Shown piece after piece: positions 29,520 through 38,480 of a DNA stretch of 64,000 nt; the stretch's first letter is position 1, and the number at the start of each line of letters is the position of its first letter. The position numbers and the translations under genes were made by a program. The DNA lies in IMG/VR virus record IMGVR_UViG_3300003937_000247; one strand, given 5' to 3'. The notes under the pieces are model-generated. The model ran no database searches and had not been told where the DNA came from. It saw only the letters and a program-made list of their open reading frames with translations. This DNA comes from a virus.

Positions 29520-30909
29520 AACAACTTGGACAGAAATAAGAAATCATCTACACGAAATACAATTAGCATATGTTGTAAGATATTTGGACCCTAAAAATGG
29601 TAAGAGATTTGCTATACCATATAAAACTGAACCAGACGCAAAGAAAAAACGTGACCAATTAAAAGGTGATGGTGCTAGACAGTTATCAATTACAAAAGAT
29701 TATTTAAAAGGTAAGTTTAAAGAAGAAGTAGATTTACAAGAGCTTATTAGAACAGGCGGTGGTGCTGTTCGTTATGATAATAAAAAAGTTGGTTGGTTTG
29801 ATAAGTCAGGTAAGAGAGTTTATCTTGGCAAGGCTGATACACAGAAATTAATGTCAAAAGATTTAGAAAGAAAAAAACAAACAGGTGATTGGATTACTCC
29901 ATATGATTTGTCAAAAGAAGATGTATCTAAAGATAGTGCATACGCAATCGGTATGGCAAAAGCTAAAGATATGAAAAATGATGAACCGCCTGTAGAAAAA
30001 AGTACAATTACAAAAGCACACGATATTGCTAAAGCAATATTAAGAAAAGAAGAAGTTATTAGTGAAGAACTATTAATAGAATGGGACAAACAAGAACTAC
30101 AAGAATTTTCTAGGTCTCAATTAGACGCTTTGGCAAGACAATATTCAGACCTTAAAGGCAAAACTATATCTATTGATAATGCAAACAAATTAAGAAAAAT
30201 TTTTGATAAGATACCTAATCATTTTTTAAATGATTTAAGAAAAAAACATATACCTTTCTTATCAGGTTTAGCTTTATCACGTATGGTACAAAAAGGCATA
30301 CCTGTTAGAGAAGATACTGATTATTTAAAAAGTAAATTAACTACCTTCCAAATAAACAATATTAAAAATACATGGAAGATGAAAAAGGCTTCGGATGTAA
30401 CTCCTGCTGTTAAAGATATGATTAAGAAAATGGATATACCAACTCAAATAGCAATTAAACAAGCAAATATTCCACACTTATCAAAACTAGTAGAAGAAAT
30501 TGAAGAAGCTAGTAATACAACTTACAAAGTAAAAAAAGATGGTAAGGTAGTATTCACAGGTAAGTATAATGATGTTTTATTATACCGTAAAAAACATGGT
30601 GGAGAAATAGTTACCGAAGACGCTTCTGATATGGCACAAGCAAAAGCGACAGGTACACAAAAGAAAATTGCAGACCTGACAACACGTATTAAAGATACGG
30701 AAGTTAGGGGAAGAGATATACCCCTAGTTGATAAACCTAAAATTGCAATTAATAAAGCTGATGTCAATCATATGAAATTGAAACTTGCAGATTTAAAAAA
30801 CAAGTTGAGATCAGATAGACAGCAGAGAGCAATGGCGGCTCAGAACGAACCTGAAACAGATAGTTCAGGTAAACCCAATAAGAAAAAGGAAATTACAGAA
30901 AATGAATAA
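29506..30909 (+). CDS. large basic hypothetical protein, probable internal head protein
   Basis: Likely start at ATG 29506; modules separated by (L/I/V/F)xE motifs resembling prohead protease sites. Confidence 0.55.
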   Translation: MSKYKTTWTEIRNHLHEIQLAYVVRYLDPKNGKRFAIPYKTEPDAKKKRDQLKGDGARQLSITKDYLKGKFKEEVDLQELIRTGGGAVRYDNKKVGWFDKSGKRVYLGKADTQKLMSKDLERKKQTGDWITPYDLSKEDVSKDSAYAIGMAKAKDMKNDEPPVEKSTITKAHDIAKAILRKEEVISEELLIEWDKQELQEFSRSQLDALARQYSDLKGKTISIDNANKLRKIFDKIPNHFLNDLRKKHIPFLSGLALSRMVQKGIPVREDTDYLKSKLTTFQINNIKNTWKMKKASDVTPAVKDMIKKMDIPTQIAIKQANIPHLSKLVEEIEEASNTTYKVKKDGKVVFTGKYNDVLLYRKKHGGEIVTEDASDMAQAKATGTQKKIADLTTRIKDTEVRGRDIPLVDKPKIAINKADVNHMKLKLADLKNKLRSDRQQRAMAAQNEPETDSSGKPNKKKEITENE

Positions 30910-31615
30910 GAAATACTTTGAAACAAAGTCTGGCAGCTTAGAAGAAGTTTCTACAAAAATTGCTACCGAGCAGCCGACAATAAAAAAACAAGAACCAAAA
31001 GTTAAATTAACAGTAGATAAAACTTACTTTGATGTCAAACCAGGATCACTTGCAGACGCAGCTGCTAAAGTCGTAAGTGAAGGTAAAGAAATTAAAGAAG
31101 ACTGTGAATGCAAATGTGGTAAATCTCCATGCAAGGCGTGTGGTAAAGATCATCATCCAGTTAAAGAAGAAACTATTGTAGAATTTACAACACAACAAAT
31201 CAAACAAGCGTATGGCATATTGAATGATCCTAGATACAAACAAGGTAATTATTCAGGTGCTGTTAAGGCAATTGAAAAACTTGCAAAAGGTTTATCAGAC
31301 CATCCAGATGTTGCAAACGCATTAAAGAGAGCTAATGAATCAGTTGTAAAAGAAAATCCATTAATGGCTTTAGGAAGAACTGCAGCCGCAGCTGCTGGTG
31401 CAGCCGCAGGCGAAACAGCAGTAAATAAAGCTGCTGAGTTAATGAGCAATGTTGCTTCTGATAAAAAAATTGTTGGTAAGAAAGATAAAAAGTCTTTTTC
31501 AGATATACGTAAAGAACAGAAGTTAGTTAAGACAGGTGACAAAGTAAAGGGAAAGACTGCAACAGGAAAAAAAGCTGCAGTTATTGATGTAGAACCGTCA
31601 TCTCGTCCAATCTAG
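30902..31615 (+). CDS. hypothetical protein, probable internal head protein
   Basis: Repeated VKE/IKE/VSE sites, KYFxxKxGSL repeat, short Cys/His cluster. Confidence 0.55.
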   Translation: MNKKYFETKSGSLEEVSTKIATEQPTIKKQEPKVKLTVDKTYFDVKPGSLADAAAKVVSEGKEIKEDCECKCGKSPCKACGKDHHPVKEETIVEFTTQQIKQAYGILNDPRYKQGNYSGAVKAIEKLAKGLSDHPDVANALKRANESVVKENPLMALGRTAAAAAGAAAGETAVNKAAELMSNVASDKKIVGKKDKKSFSDIRKEQKLVKTGDKVKGKTATGKKAAVIDVEPSSRPI

Positions 31616-31631
31616 GAAGTAGTAGTCTAAT

Positions 31632-32120
31632 ATGAAGCCTATTATTTACTGTGACATGGACGGAGTATTAGCAGATTTCAAAACAGCCGCACAAAGAACT
31701 ACAGGTATGTCCATTAATAAATGGATGAACATACCATCTTCAAAAGAAAAGTGGGCACCTATTAAAGCTAATAAGAATTTTTGGTCTACTCTTCCTTGGA
31801 TGGCTGGGGGAAGACAACTATGGACTTACATATCAAAGTTTGACCCACATATATTATCAGCATACGTAGAAGGATCATTTGATCCAAATTGTATACCTGG
31901 CAAAACTCAATGGGCAAGAAGTCGTTTAGGTATTGGTAGTTCAAAAATCAATTTAGTAACAAGAAAAGAAAAGAAACTCTTTGCTAAAAGAGGCCAACCT
32001 GCAATCTTAATTGATGATTATGAGAAGAATGTTAGAGAATTTACACGATCAGGCGGCGTTGGTATTCACCACACTAGTACATCAAAGACTATTTCTCAAC
32101 TGAAAAAGTTGGGTTACTAA
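31632..32120 (+). CDS. HAD-family 5'(3')-nucleotidase/phosphatase
   Basis: CDMDGVLADF, ILS, K, LIDD. Confidence 0.88.
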   Translation: MKPIIYCDMDGVLADFKTAAQRTTGMSINKWMNIPSSKEKWAPIKANKNFWSTLPWMAGGRQLWTYISKFDPHILSAYVEGSFDPNCIPGKTQWARSRLGIGSSKINLVTRKEKKLFAKRGQPAILIDDYEKNVREFTRSGGVGIHHTSTSKTISQLKKLGY

Positions 32121-32130
32121 TCTCATTCCT

Positions 32131-32138
32131 TATAAATA
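32131..32138 (+). promoter_or_regulatory. T4 late promoter
   Basis: TATAAATA upstream of aaggag RBS. Confidence 0.75.
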
Positions 32139-32188
32139 GTACTAGTTATATAACAGAATAAATTAATTAATTTAAAAGGAGAAAAGAT

Positions 32189-32803
32189 ATGAGTGGATGG
32201 GCAAAAGGAGCGGATACCGCTACAAATAAACCAAAACATTTATCTACTAACGAGAACTCCCAGTATAAAAAGCAAGATGTTTACGCAACCAATTCAGGTT
32301 GGGTACAAAGAGCTGGTACGAAAGCGTCTGGTAACGATAATGCCAACGCACAACCAGAAGTCTTGGTCGCTATACGAGGGCTTGCAGGTACATCAGCAAC
32401 GACTGGACTACAGGAAGCAACTATTACAAATGTAAGATTTGTAGCAGGCACTACTGCAGCTACAGACTTAACTGCTGGTTCATCTAGTCAAACAGTTCAA
32501 ATAGAGGTAACTTGGGATGAAGCAGTTACAGTTACTGGAGCACCAGTAATGAAAGTTGTAAATGGTGGCGGTGGAACACACGATTGTGTTTATACTGCAA
32601 CTGGTTCAACAGCTAACAGAAAGAGATTTACAGTAGCGAGTCAAACACTTGCAACTGGCAATGTTCTTTCATTAGGAACTGCTCTCCATGACGCAGTAAC
32701 ATTACCAGGTGGAGCAACAATCAAAGATACTGCTTCAGGTACTATTAATTCGCAAAGAACTATTGCTGCTGGTATAAGAGTTACACATACAGTAGCTGCG
32801 TAG
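32189..32803 (+). CDS. probable virion structural protein
   Basis: Thr/Ala/Gly-rich beta protein (WDEAVTVTGAP) behind a late promoter. Confidence 0.65.
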   Translation: MSGWAKGADTATNKPKHLSTNENSQYKKQDVYATNSGWVQRAGTKASGNDNANAQPEVLVAIRGLAGTSATTGLQEATITNVRFVAGTTAATDLTAGSSSQTVQIEVTWDEAVTVTGAPVMKVVNGGGGTHDCVYTATGSTANRKRFTVASQTLATGNVLSLGTALHDAVTLPGGATIKDTASGTINSQRTIAAGIRVTHTVAA

Positions 32804-32826
32804 TAGAACATAATTATTAACAATTT

Positions 32827-32854
32827 AGGGGCGGTCAATCCGCCCTTATAAATA
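32827..32854 (+). terminator. hairpin overlapping late promoter TATAAATA (32847)
   Basis: aggggcgg-tcaat-ccgccctt followed by tataaata. Confidence 0.65.
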
Positions 32855-32919
32855 TATTAACAAAGTGATCTAGGCAATTACCTAGAGTAGCATTCCCGAA
32901 AGGGTTTAAAGGAGAATAA

Positions 32920-33378
32920 ATGGCAGACAAAAAGATAACGGCATTGACCGATTTGGGAGACTCGTTGGCAGCAGCTGACTTGCTCCATGTAGTTGACGAT
33001 CCGTCAGGTACACCAATCAATAAAAAAATATCAGCAGAAAATGTGTTTAACAATATACCATCGTGGTTAGGTTTAGCACAGACTTCACAGTCAATTACTG
33101 CTGACGCTTCATCACAAGTTGCTAACATAACAAGCGCTGTAACTGAAATCAACGCTACAAGTGCAACAGGTGCTATCTCATTAGCAGATGGTTCAGATGG
33201 ACAAATTAAAACTTGTATAAACACTTCAACATCAGGTACAAACAACGTAGTAATTACACCAACTAATTTAAGAGGTGGTTCTACAGTTACTTTGAACGCT
33301 GAAGGTGAAAATGTGACTTTGTTATTTAAAAATTCAAATTGGAATGTAATCGCAGGACACGGTTACGTTGTTGCATAA
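32920..33378 (+). CDS. probable virion structural protein
   Basis: MADKKITALTDL N-terminus, LADG.DGQIK; late promoter. Confidence 0.65.
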   Translation: MADKKITALTDLGDSLAAADLLHVVDDPSGTPINKKISAENVFNNIPSWLGLAQTSQSITADASSQVANITSAVTEINATSATGAISLADGSDGQIKTCINTSTSGTNNVVITPTNLRGGSTVTLNAEGENVTLLFKNSNWNVIAGHGYVVA

Positions 33379-33395
33379 TTTTATAGGAGAATATT

Positions 33396-33737
33396 ATGGG
33401 TATAACTACACAAACGTTAATGAAAGAAAGATTTACATTACAAAAAACGCTGAGCGATATGAACGGCAAAATACAAGTGATTGAAAAGGAAGTGACGCAG
33501 ATGAAAAATAATATGAATGCTGTACACGGAGCTTTACAACAATGTGAGAAACTAATTAAACTTGACGCTGAACATGGAAGAGATGATGGAACACAAGCAC
33601 CGATAAAAGAAATTGAAAACGGTCCACCAGCTCCTTTTGATGACGCTCTTAATGTATTGAATAAAGGGTCATCTTTAGATATTAAACCTAAAGAGGAGGC
33701 TCATCTTTTAAATGAAAAGAAAGAGCAAGAAAAATGA
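33396..33737 (+). CDS. coiled-coil hypothetical protein
   Basis: ORF with aggag RBS. Confidence 0.6.
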   Translation: MGITTQTLMKERFTLQKTLSDMNGKIQVIEKEVTQMKNNMNAVHGALQQCEKLIKLDAEHGRDDGTQAPIKEIENGPPAPFDDALNVLNKGSSLDIKPKEEAHLLNEKKEQEK

Positions 33738-33906
33738 AAGAAGATATCAACAATTTTTTAGAAGAACTGGCTAACAACACACCACACGTAGATCAGTTTA
33801 AAGATGTTGATAAGTTGAAGGAAAGTAATATGAAAGAGGTTGAAGAAGACCTTGTGGGTGGTAAAACTTTTAAGAAATTAAAGGACGAAGTAAACAGAGG
33901 AGAAAA

Positions 33907-34332
33907 ATGAAAACATTTAAACAACATATAAAAGAAGATGGTAAGATGGTTGGCACAGCCACATCTAACGCAGTTGAAGATGGTTCTATTGGTGTTCATA
34001 ACATCCATGAACCTGCAATTTTGAATAAAGTAAATGCTTTTGTTGGCTCTATTGCTAATGGAGAATACATCAAACCTGAGGCTGCTCTTAATCAATTAAG
34101 TGCAAAATTAAGTACAATTGGTGTGACAGTAAAAGATAAAATTGAAATTAAAGATAAAAAGGGTAACTTTGAAAGTGCATTAGTTTATGCTGGAGGCCGT
34201 TTCGGAAAAGATACTGACGGTTCTGATTTAAATGATGATGGTATATCTCATAAAGGTAATAGTATAAAACTAAAAGGTAATTACGAAACATTAAAGAACG
34301 GCGCTGTTAAAGTTTATGCAGAGCTTGGCTAA
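33907..34332 (+). CDS. hypothetical protein with capsid-targeting-like N-terminus
   Basis: MKTFKQHIKE. Confidence 0.65.
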   Translation: MKTFKQHIKEDGKMVGTATSNAVEDGSIGVHNIHEPAILNKVNAFVGSIANGEYIKPEAALNQLSAKLSTIGVTVKDKIEIKDKKGNFESALVYAGGRFGKDTDGSDLNDDGISHKGNSIKLKGNYETLKNGAVKVYAELG

Positions 34333-34694
34333 TGTTTGATAGGATAACAAAGAAAAATTGGTTATTTTACGCTATAAAAAACTACAATGTTCCTAATTTA
34401 GATAGTGAACAGGAGTTTTATGAGGATGTAAAAAGATTTAAATATCTTAAACGTCTATTTCGTAAATATAAAACCACAGGCGAACTGAAAACTAGATTAG
34501 TATTAAATCATATTATAGTATTAACAAATGTATTTGGTAATGAGGCAGCGGCTACATTATTATTATTTAAAGTTGAAAGAGAGTATTGGTCGGTATTAAA
34601 AACTTTCTTACAATATTTAAATGTAATTACAATAGATGAGTTGCCAAACATAAAAGTACATAAAACTTTGTTGTCAAGTTTGGAGAAATTATAA
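34332..34694 (+). CDS. conserved marine T4-like hypothetical protein
   Basis: EFYEDVKRFKYLKRLF...LNHIIVL.NVFG. Confidence 0.75.
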   Translation: MFDRITKKNWLFYAIKNYNVPNLDSEQEFYEDVKRFKYLKRLFRKYKTTGELKTRLVLNHIIVLTNVFGNEAAATLLLFKVEREYWSVLKTFLQYLNVITIDELPNIKVHKTLLSSLEKL

Positions 34695-35284
34695 TGGGAC
34701 GAGCCATAGATTTATTAATAACATATAGAGTAATCAAAATGTTGGTTACACCTTGGACGAGCCATGACGCATATAAGTATGGGATTATTGATGATAATGG
34801 AAAAATATTACGAAGAATGAGAGACCTGAAGATAGCTAAAGAGAAAGATTCTTATACTATACTTCATAGATTTGTTTTTAATTTGAAAAGATTACTAGGG
34901 TTATTACCTGGAGGTAAATCAAAGTTTGCTTCATATGCAGCTGCTTTGGCTTTATTATTAAAAGAAAACAAAGATGTAAATGCTATTGAAATAGAAAAAG
35001 CATTGTACAAACATCTTGTTGAGAATAATTTAATAGCATATGATGATGATGTAAAAGAGTCTGTTGGATTTGATTTCTTACCAGAAGGTAAATATATAAT
35101 GACAGATAGATTGGAAGATTTAGAAGGTGATACAACTGGTGATGTAGGTGATGTTGTTTATACAACTGAAAACCAAAAACCTTTTGAGAATTATTTTGGA
35201 GTTAATCTTTACCATGTTATAAACGAAGATACAAGAAAACAGATTATAGTATCCGAGGATAATATAGAGAGGATAAAATTGTAA
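34694..35284 (+). CDS. conserved marine T4-like hypothetical protein
   Basis: YR.IKMLVTPW...AYKYGIID..G...HRFVFNLKR. Confidence 0.75.
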   Translation: MGRAIDLLITYRVIKMLVTPWTSHDAYKYGIIDDNGKILRRMRDLKIAKEKDSYTILHRFVFNLKRLLGLLPGGKSKFASYAAALALLLKENKDVNAIEIEKALYKHLVENNLIAYDDDVKESVGFDFLPEGKYIMTDRLEDLEGDTTGDVGDVVYTTENQKPFENYFGVNLYHVINEDTRKQIIVSEDNIERIKL

Positions 35285-35692
35285 ATGAAATCGTTTAAAG
35301 AATTTAGAATTTCAGAAGACGCTCCTACAAATGCAGTAGGCGATGGATCAAATGTTGCAATGCCACCATCACACGAGCCTGGTGTTCACGTAAAGAAGAA
35401 AAAGAAAGAGAATCCTTTAACAAGATTAATCAGTAGATTTAAAGTAAAGGAAGACTATAATAAGATAGAGGTTGAAAACTTAATTAACAAGATTGAAAGT
35501 AGCCAAGAGGTACAATTAACTCAAATTGAACCTATCAAAAACAATATAAAATCTAAAAAACAACAAGGTACATATACTGAACAATTTGGTATGGCTGCAT
35601 TTAGATATGTGGTAGATAGTCAAATCACATCAACTGTATCTGAAAAATTTAGAAATCAGGTTGCTTCTCAATTACTTTCAAAACACGTATGA
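35285..35692 (+). CDS. hypothetical protein with capsid-targeting-like N-terminus
   Basis: MKSFKEFRISE-DAPTNAVG. Confidence 0.65.
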   Translation: MKSFKEFRISEDAPTNAVGDGSNVAMPPSHEPGVHVKKKKKENPLTRLISRFKVKEDYNKIEVENLINKIESSQEVQLTQIEPIKNNIKSKKQQGTYTEQFGMAAFRYVVDSQITSTVSEKFRNQVASQLLSKHV

Positions 35693-35946
35693 AAACATTT
35701 AAAGAAATAAGAGGAGAGAGTTATATGAGAGGGTTTGGAATAGGTCCTTTAGATACATTAAAACCTATGAACTCTATGGGTTCATCTGGTCAATTTTTTC
35801 CAAACAGAAGATACGCAACTACAATGCCTGCTTTAACAGCAACGGCAAAGGGACCTGGGTTGGGAACAATTAAACCGTCAGCAAGTATGTTGACTGCAAA
35901 CAAAAAGAAAAACAAAAAGGGAGATAAAGATGTCAGAAGAAATTAG
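35689..35946 (+). CDS. hypothetical protein with capsid-targeting-like N-terminus
   Basis: MKTFKEIRGE. Confidence 0.6.
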   Translation: MKTFKEIRGESYMRGFGIGPLDTLKPMNSMGSSGQFFPNRRYATTMPALTATAKGPGLGTIKPSASMLTANKKKNKKGDKDVRRN

Positions 35947-36103
35947 ATATGGCGCTGGTGGCGTTCCTTACAAAGCAAAAGCCGCAGTAGCGCCTAAGGA
36001 AAAAGTTAAAAAAGCTGAAGTTAAAGACGAAGTAATTTCAGAAATTTTAATTAAAAATCCTAATAAAGAAGACAAAGAAGAAAACAAAAAGGACTAATCA
36101 TAT

Positions 36104-36685
36104 ATGATAGAAACATTAATCGCATTAGCAATGAAGTTTTGGATGTGGTCATTATTAATATTATTTGTTGTTATAGGTTTTGTTATTAATTTACTAGATA
36201 AAAGAAAAACAACGAGCTTAAATTTTTCTTATGAAAAGTTACCACACTTACAACCACTTGTTATGCCTACAAAAGATAAAGGTTTTTTTAGAGGTATAGT
36301 GATGTGGTTATTAAGCACAAGAAATTGGAAACTTTTAACTGATTTTAGATATACTATGCACGGTATAGATTATGTGATACCTGAAGGTTTTACATTTGAC
36401 GGTGCAAGTATTCCTAAATTTTTAAGATCGTTTTTTTCACCAGTTGGTGTATTACTAATTGGTGGTCTTGTACACGATTTTATGTACAAGTATGCTGCTT
36501 TAAAACCTGCAGCTAAAAAAGGTTCACTTCTATTAGTTGATCAAAAGAAAGCAGATCAAATCTTTAGAGATATAAACATAGAGGTAAACGGCTTCTATTT
36601 TATGAACTACTTGGCGTACTGGTCATTAAGATTAGGTGGTTGGCTCGCTTGGAATGGTCATAGAAGAAGAAATATTAAACTTTAA
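36104..36685 (+). CDS. DUF1353-like membrane protein
   Basis: IPEGFTFDGASIP, VHDFMY, ADQIF, LRLGGW. Confidence 0.8.
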   Translation: MIETLIALAMKFWMWSLLILFVVIGFVINLLDKRKTTSLNFSYEKLPHLQPLVMPTKDKGFFRGIVMWLLSTRNWKLLTDFRYTMHGIDYVIPEGFTFDGASIPKFLRSFFSPVGVLLIGGLVHDFMYKYAALKPAAKKGSLLLVDQKKADQIFRDINIEVNGFYFMNYLAYWSLRLGGWLAWNGHRRRNIKL

Positions 36686-36701
36686 AAAGGAGATAAAAAA
36701 T

Positions 36702-36863
36702 ATGTTAAGTTGGATTACAAATAGAGTAAAAGAAGTATCATCATGGCATGGCGGTGCTTTAATTGCAATGGGTCTAATAATATTGTTTGCTGGACCTATA
36801 GCTAAAATGGCTGCATGGGCTGCTATCGCTTGGGGCTTGTGGGCAATTTGGAAAAAAGGCTAA
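36702..36863 (+). CDS. small two-TM membrane protein (holin-like candidate)
   Basis: aaggag RBS before ATG 36702; RVKEVSSW plus two hydrophobic helices; upstream of the spanin-like pair. Confidence 0.5.
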   Translation: MLSWITNRVKEVSSWHGGALIAMGLIILFAGPIAKMAAWAAIAWGLWAIWKKG

Positions 36864-36864
36864 A

Positions 36865-37332
36865 ATGTTTGGCCTTAGATTATTTTTTATAGGAATAGTT
36901 GCTACCGCCATTGCTGGCGGTGGCTTCTATGTGATGAAGTTGAGAAGTGATAATGCTATTTTGAAACTAAATCAAATCAAATTAGAATCAGCAGTCGCTG
37001 AACAACAACAACTCATAGAAAATCAACAGAAGGACTTTGAAGAAATACTAGTCGCAAATCAAAAGATGAACGAGTTAGTAGGTGTTTTGAAAAAAGACCT
37101 TGATGATTTAGATAAAAGATTTAACAAAAAAAATAGAGATGTAGGCAAGCTTGCAATTTCAAAAACAAAAGCAATAGAACGAATTACAAACAATGGTTCT
37201 AAAAATGCTAATAGATGTATGGAAATAGCAAGTGGTGCTGAATTAACAGAAAAAGAAAAGAATGCTACAAAGAAGTCCGAAATTAATCCTGAATGTCCTA
37301 GTATCGCTAATCCTAATTACGTTCCTTACTAG
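36865..37332 (+). CDS. putative inner-membrane spanin (Rz-like)
   Basis: N-terminal TM, long coiled coil, C-terminal cysteines. Confidence 0.6.
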   Translation: MFGLRLFFIGIVATAIAGGGFYVMKLRSDNAILKLNQIKLESAVAEQQQLIENQQKDFEEILVANQKMNELVGVLKKDLDDLDKRFNKKNRDVGKLAISKTKAIERITNNGSKNANRCMEIASGAELTEKEKNATKKSEINPECPSIANPNYVPY

Positions 37333-37654
37333 TTGCTCGGGTGTTAAAAAATTAAGTATCTTCAAAGAAGAGGTGCCTAGAGCACAACTTAATTTAGATA
37401 AACCTACGCCACTACAATTAGAACAATTACAATGGATTATTATTACTAGTGAGAACGCTGAGGAAGTGTTCAAAAAACTAGAGGAAAAGGGTATAGACCC
37501 AGTATTATGGGGATTAACAGACAAAGACTTTGAATTATTAGCAAAAAACTTCGCAAGAATTAGAAATCAAATGAAGATTACAAATGATTTACTAGATAAA
37601 TATAAAGAGTATTACGAAGGAGAAGACGAGAAGAAAGAGGGAGACTCAAAGTAA
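37262..37654 (+). CDS. putative outer-membrane spanin lipoprotein (Rz1-like)
   Basis: Lipobox LTSC; overlaps the 3' end of the Rz-like gene. Confidence 0.6.
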   Translation: MLQRSPKLILNVLVSLILITFLTSCSGVKKLSIFKEEVPRAQLNLDKPTPLQLEQLQWIIITSENAEEVFKKLEEKGIDPVLWGLTDKDFELLAKNFARIRNQMKITNDLLDKYKEYYEGEDEKKEGDSK

Positions 37655-37720
37655 ACCAGGAAAAAAGATGTCGCTCCAAAAGCGGAGTAGCTTTTTGCTG
37701 AAAAAGACGGACAATATAAT

Positions 37721-38170
37721 ATGGGTAGATTAAATATATCAAGTGAATCGGCAGTAAGTATGCCAATGAAAAACTTAATTGCTATTGTTGGAGCAGTAGC
37801 TATGGGAGTGTGGGCTTACTTCGGTGTGATTGAGCGATTGAACAAATTGGAAACTAATACAACACTATTAGAAAAAGATTTAATACAGACAGAGGAAGCG
37901 CTTACAACTGATATTGAACAGAATAACGAATTTAGGATTAAATGGCCAAGGGGAGATTTAGGTTCTCCACCTGCTGATTCAGAGCAATTTATGCTGATTG
38001 AATTTTTAAGTGGCCAGGTGGAATCTATACAGAAGCAACTTGAAGGAATGATGAACAATAAGGTTAACATTGAAAGGTTACAGACAGATATGGATAAAGC
38101 TTTAGAAGATATAGAAAAATTAAAGGACAAATTAAGAGAAGCCAAGAACGGCTATAACACAGGAGAATAA
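37721..38170 (+). CDS. membrane-anchored coiled-coil protein
   Basis: Single TM plus coiled coil. Confidence 0.6.
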   Translation: MGRLNISSESAVSMPMKNLIAIVGAVAMGVWAYFGVIERLNKLETNTTLLEKDLIQTEEALTTDIEQNNEFRIKWPRGDLGSPPADSEQFMLIEFLSGQVESIQKQLEGMMNNKVNIERLQTDMDKALEDIEKLKDKLREAKNGYNTGE

Positions 38171-38173
38171 CAT

Positions 38174-38476
38174 ATGGACGCAACAACTTTAGTCACTATA
38201 ATAACAATGTTTGTTGTGACAAATACATCAAGCGAATTTATAAAATATGATGGATTAATGGATTGTCTTAAAGACAAAAGAGCCATAGAAAAGAAAAAAG
38301 ATGGTCGTAGAGCAATTTGTGGTCCATCCATGGCAGAAATTGACGCAGACGGTAACATTGTCAGTATTAAAAATAAAATGCCAGACCAATCAGGTAGTTT
38401 AAAACTTGGTGGTACAGCGAAGTCACTTACTGAAAAGAAAAAGAAGAAACAAACAGAAGTGTTAACACAGGATTAA
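38174..38476 (+). CDS. hypothetical exported protein
   Basis: Hydrophobic N-terminus; MDCLK.KR motif shared with 39517 ORF (SDCLKTKR). Confidence 0.55.
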   Translation: MDATTLVTIITMFVVTNTSSEFIKYDGLMDCLKDKRAIEKKKDGRRAICGPSMAEIDADGNIVSIKNKMPDQSGSLKLGGTAKSLTEKKKKKQTEVLTQD

Positions 38477-38480
38477 TTAT

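Noticed and set aside
37655-37720. Short GC-rich hairpin (gctcc/ggagt) as a riboswitch
   Set aside because: Too short and matches no aptamer I can support
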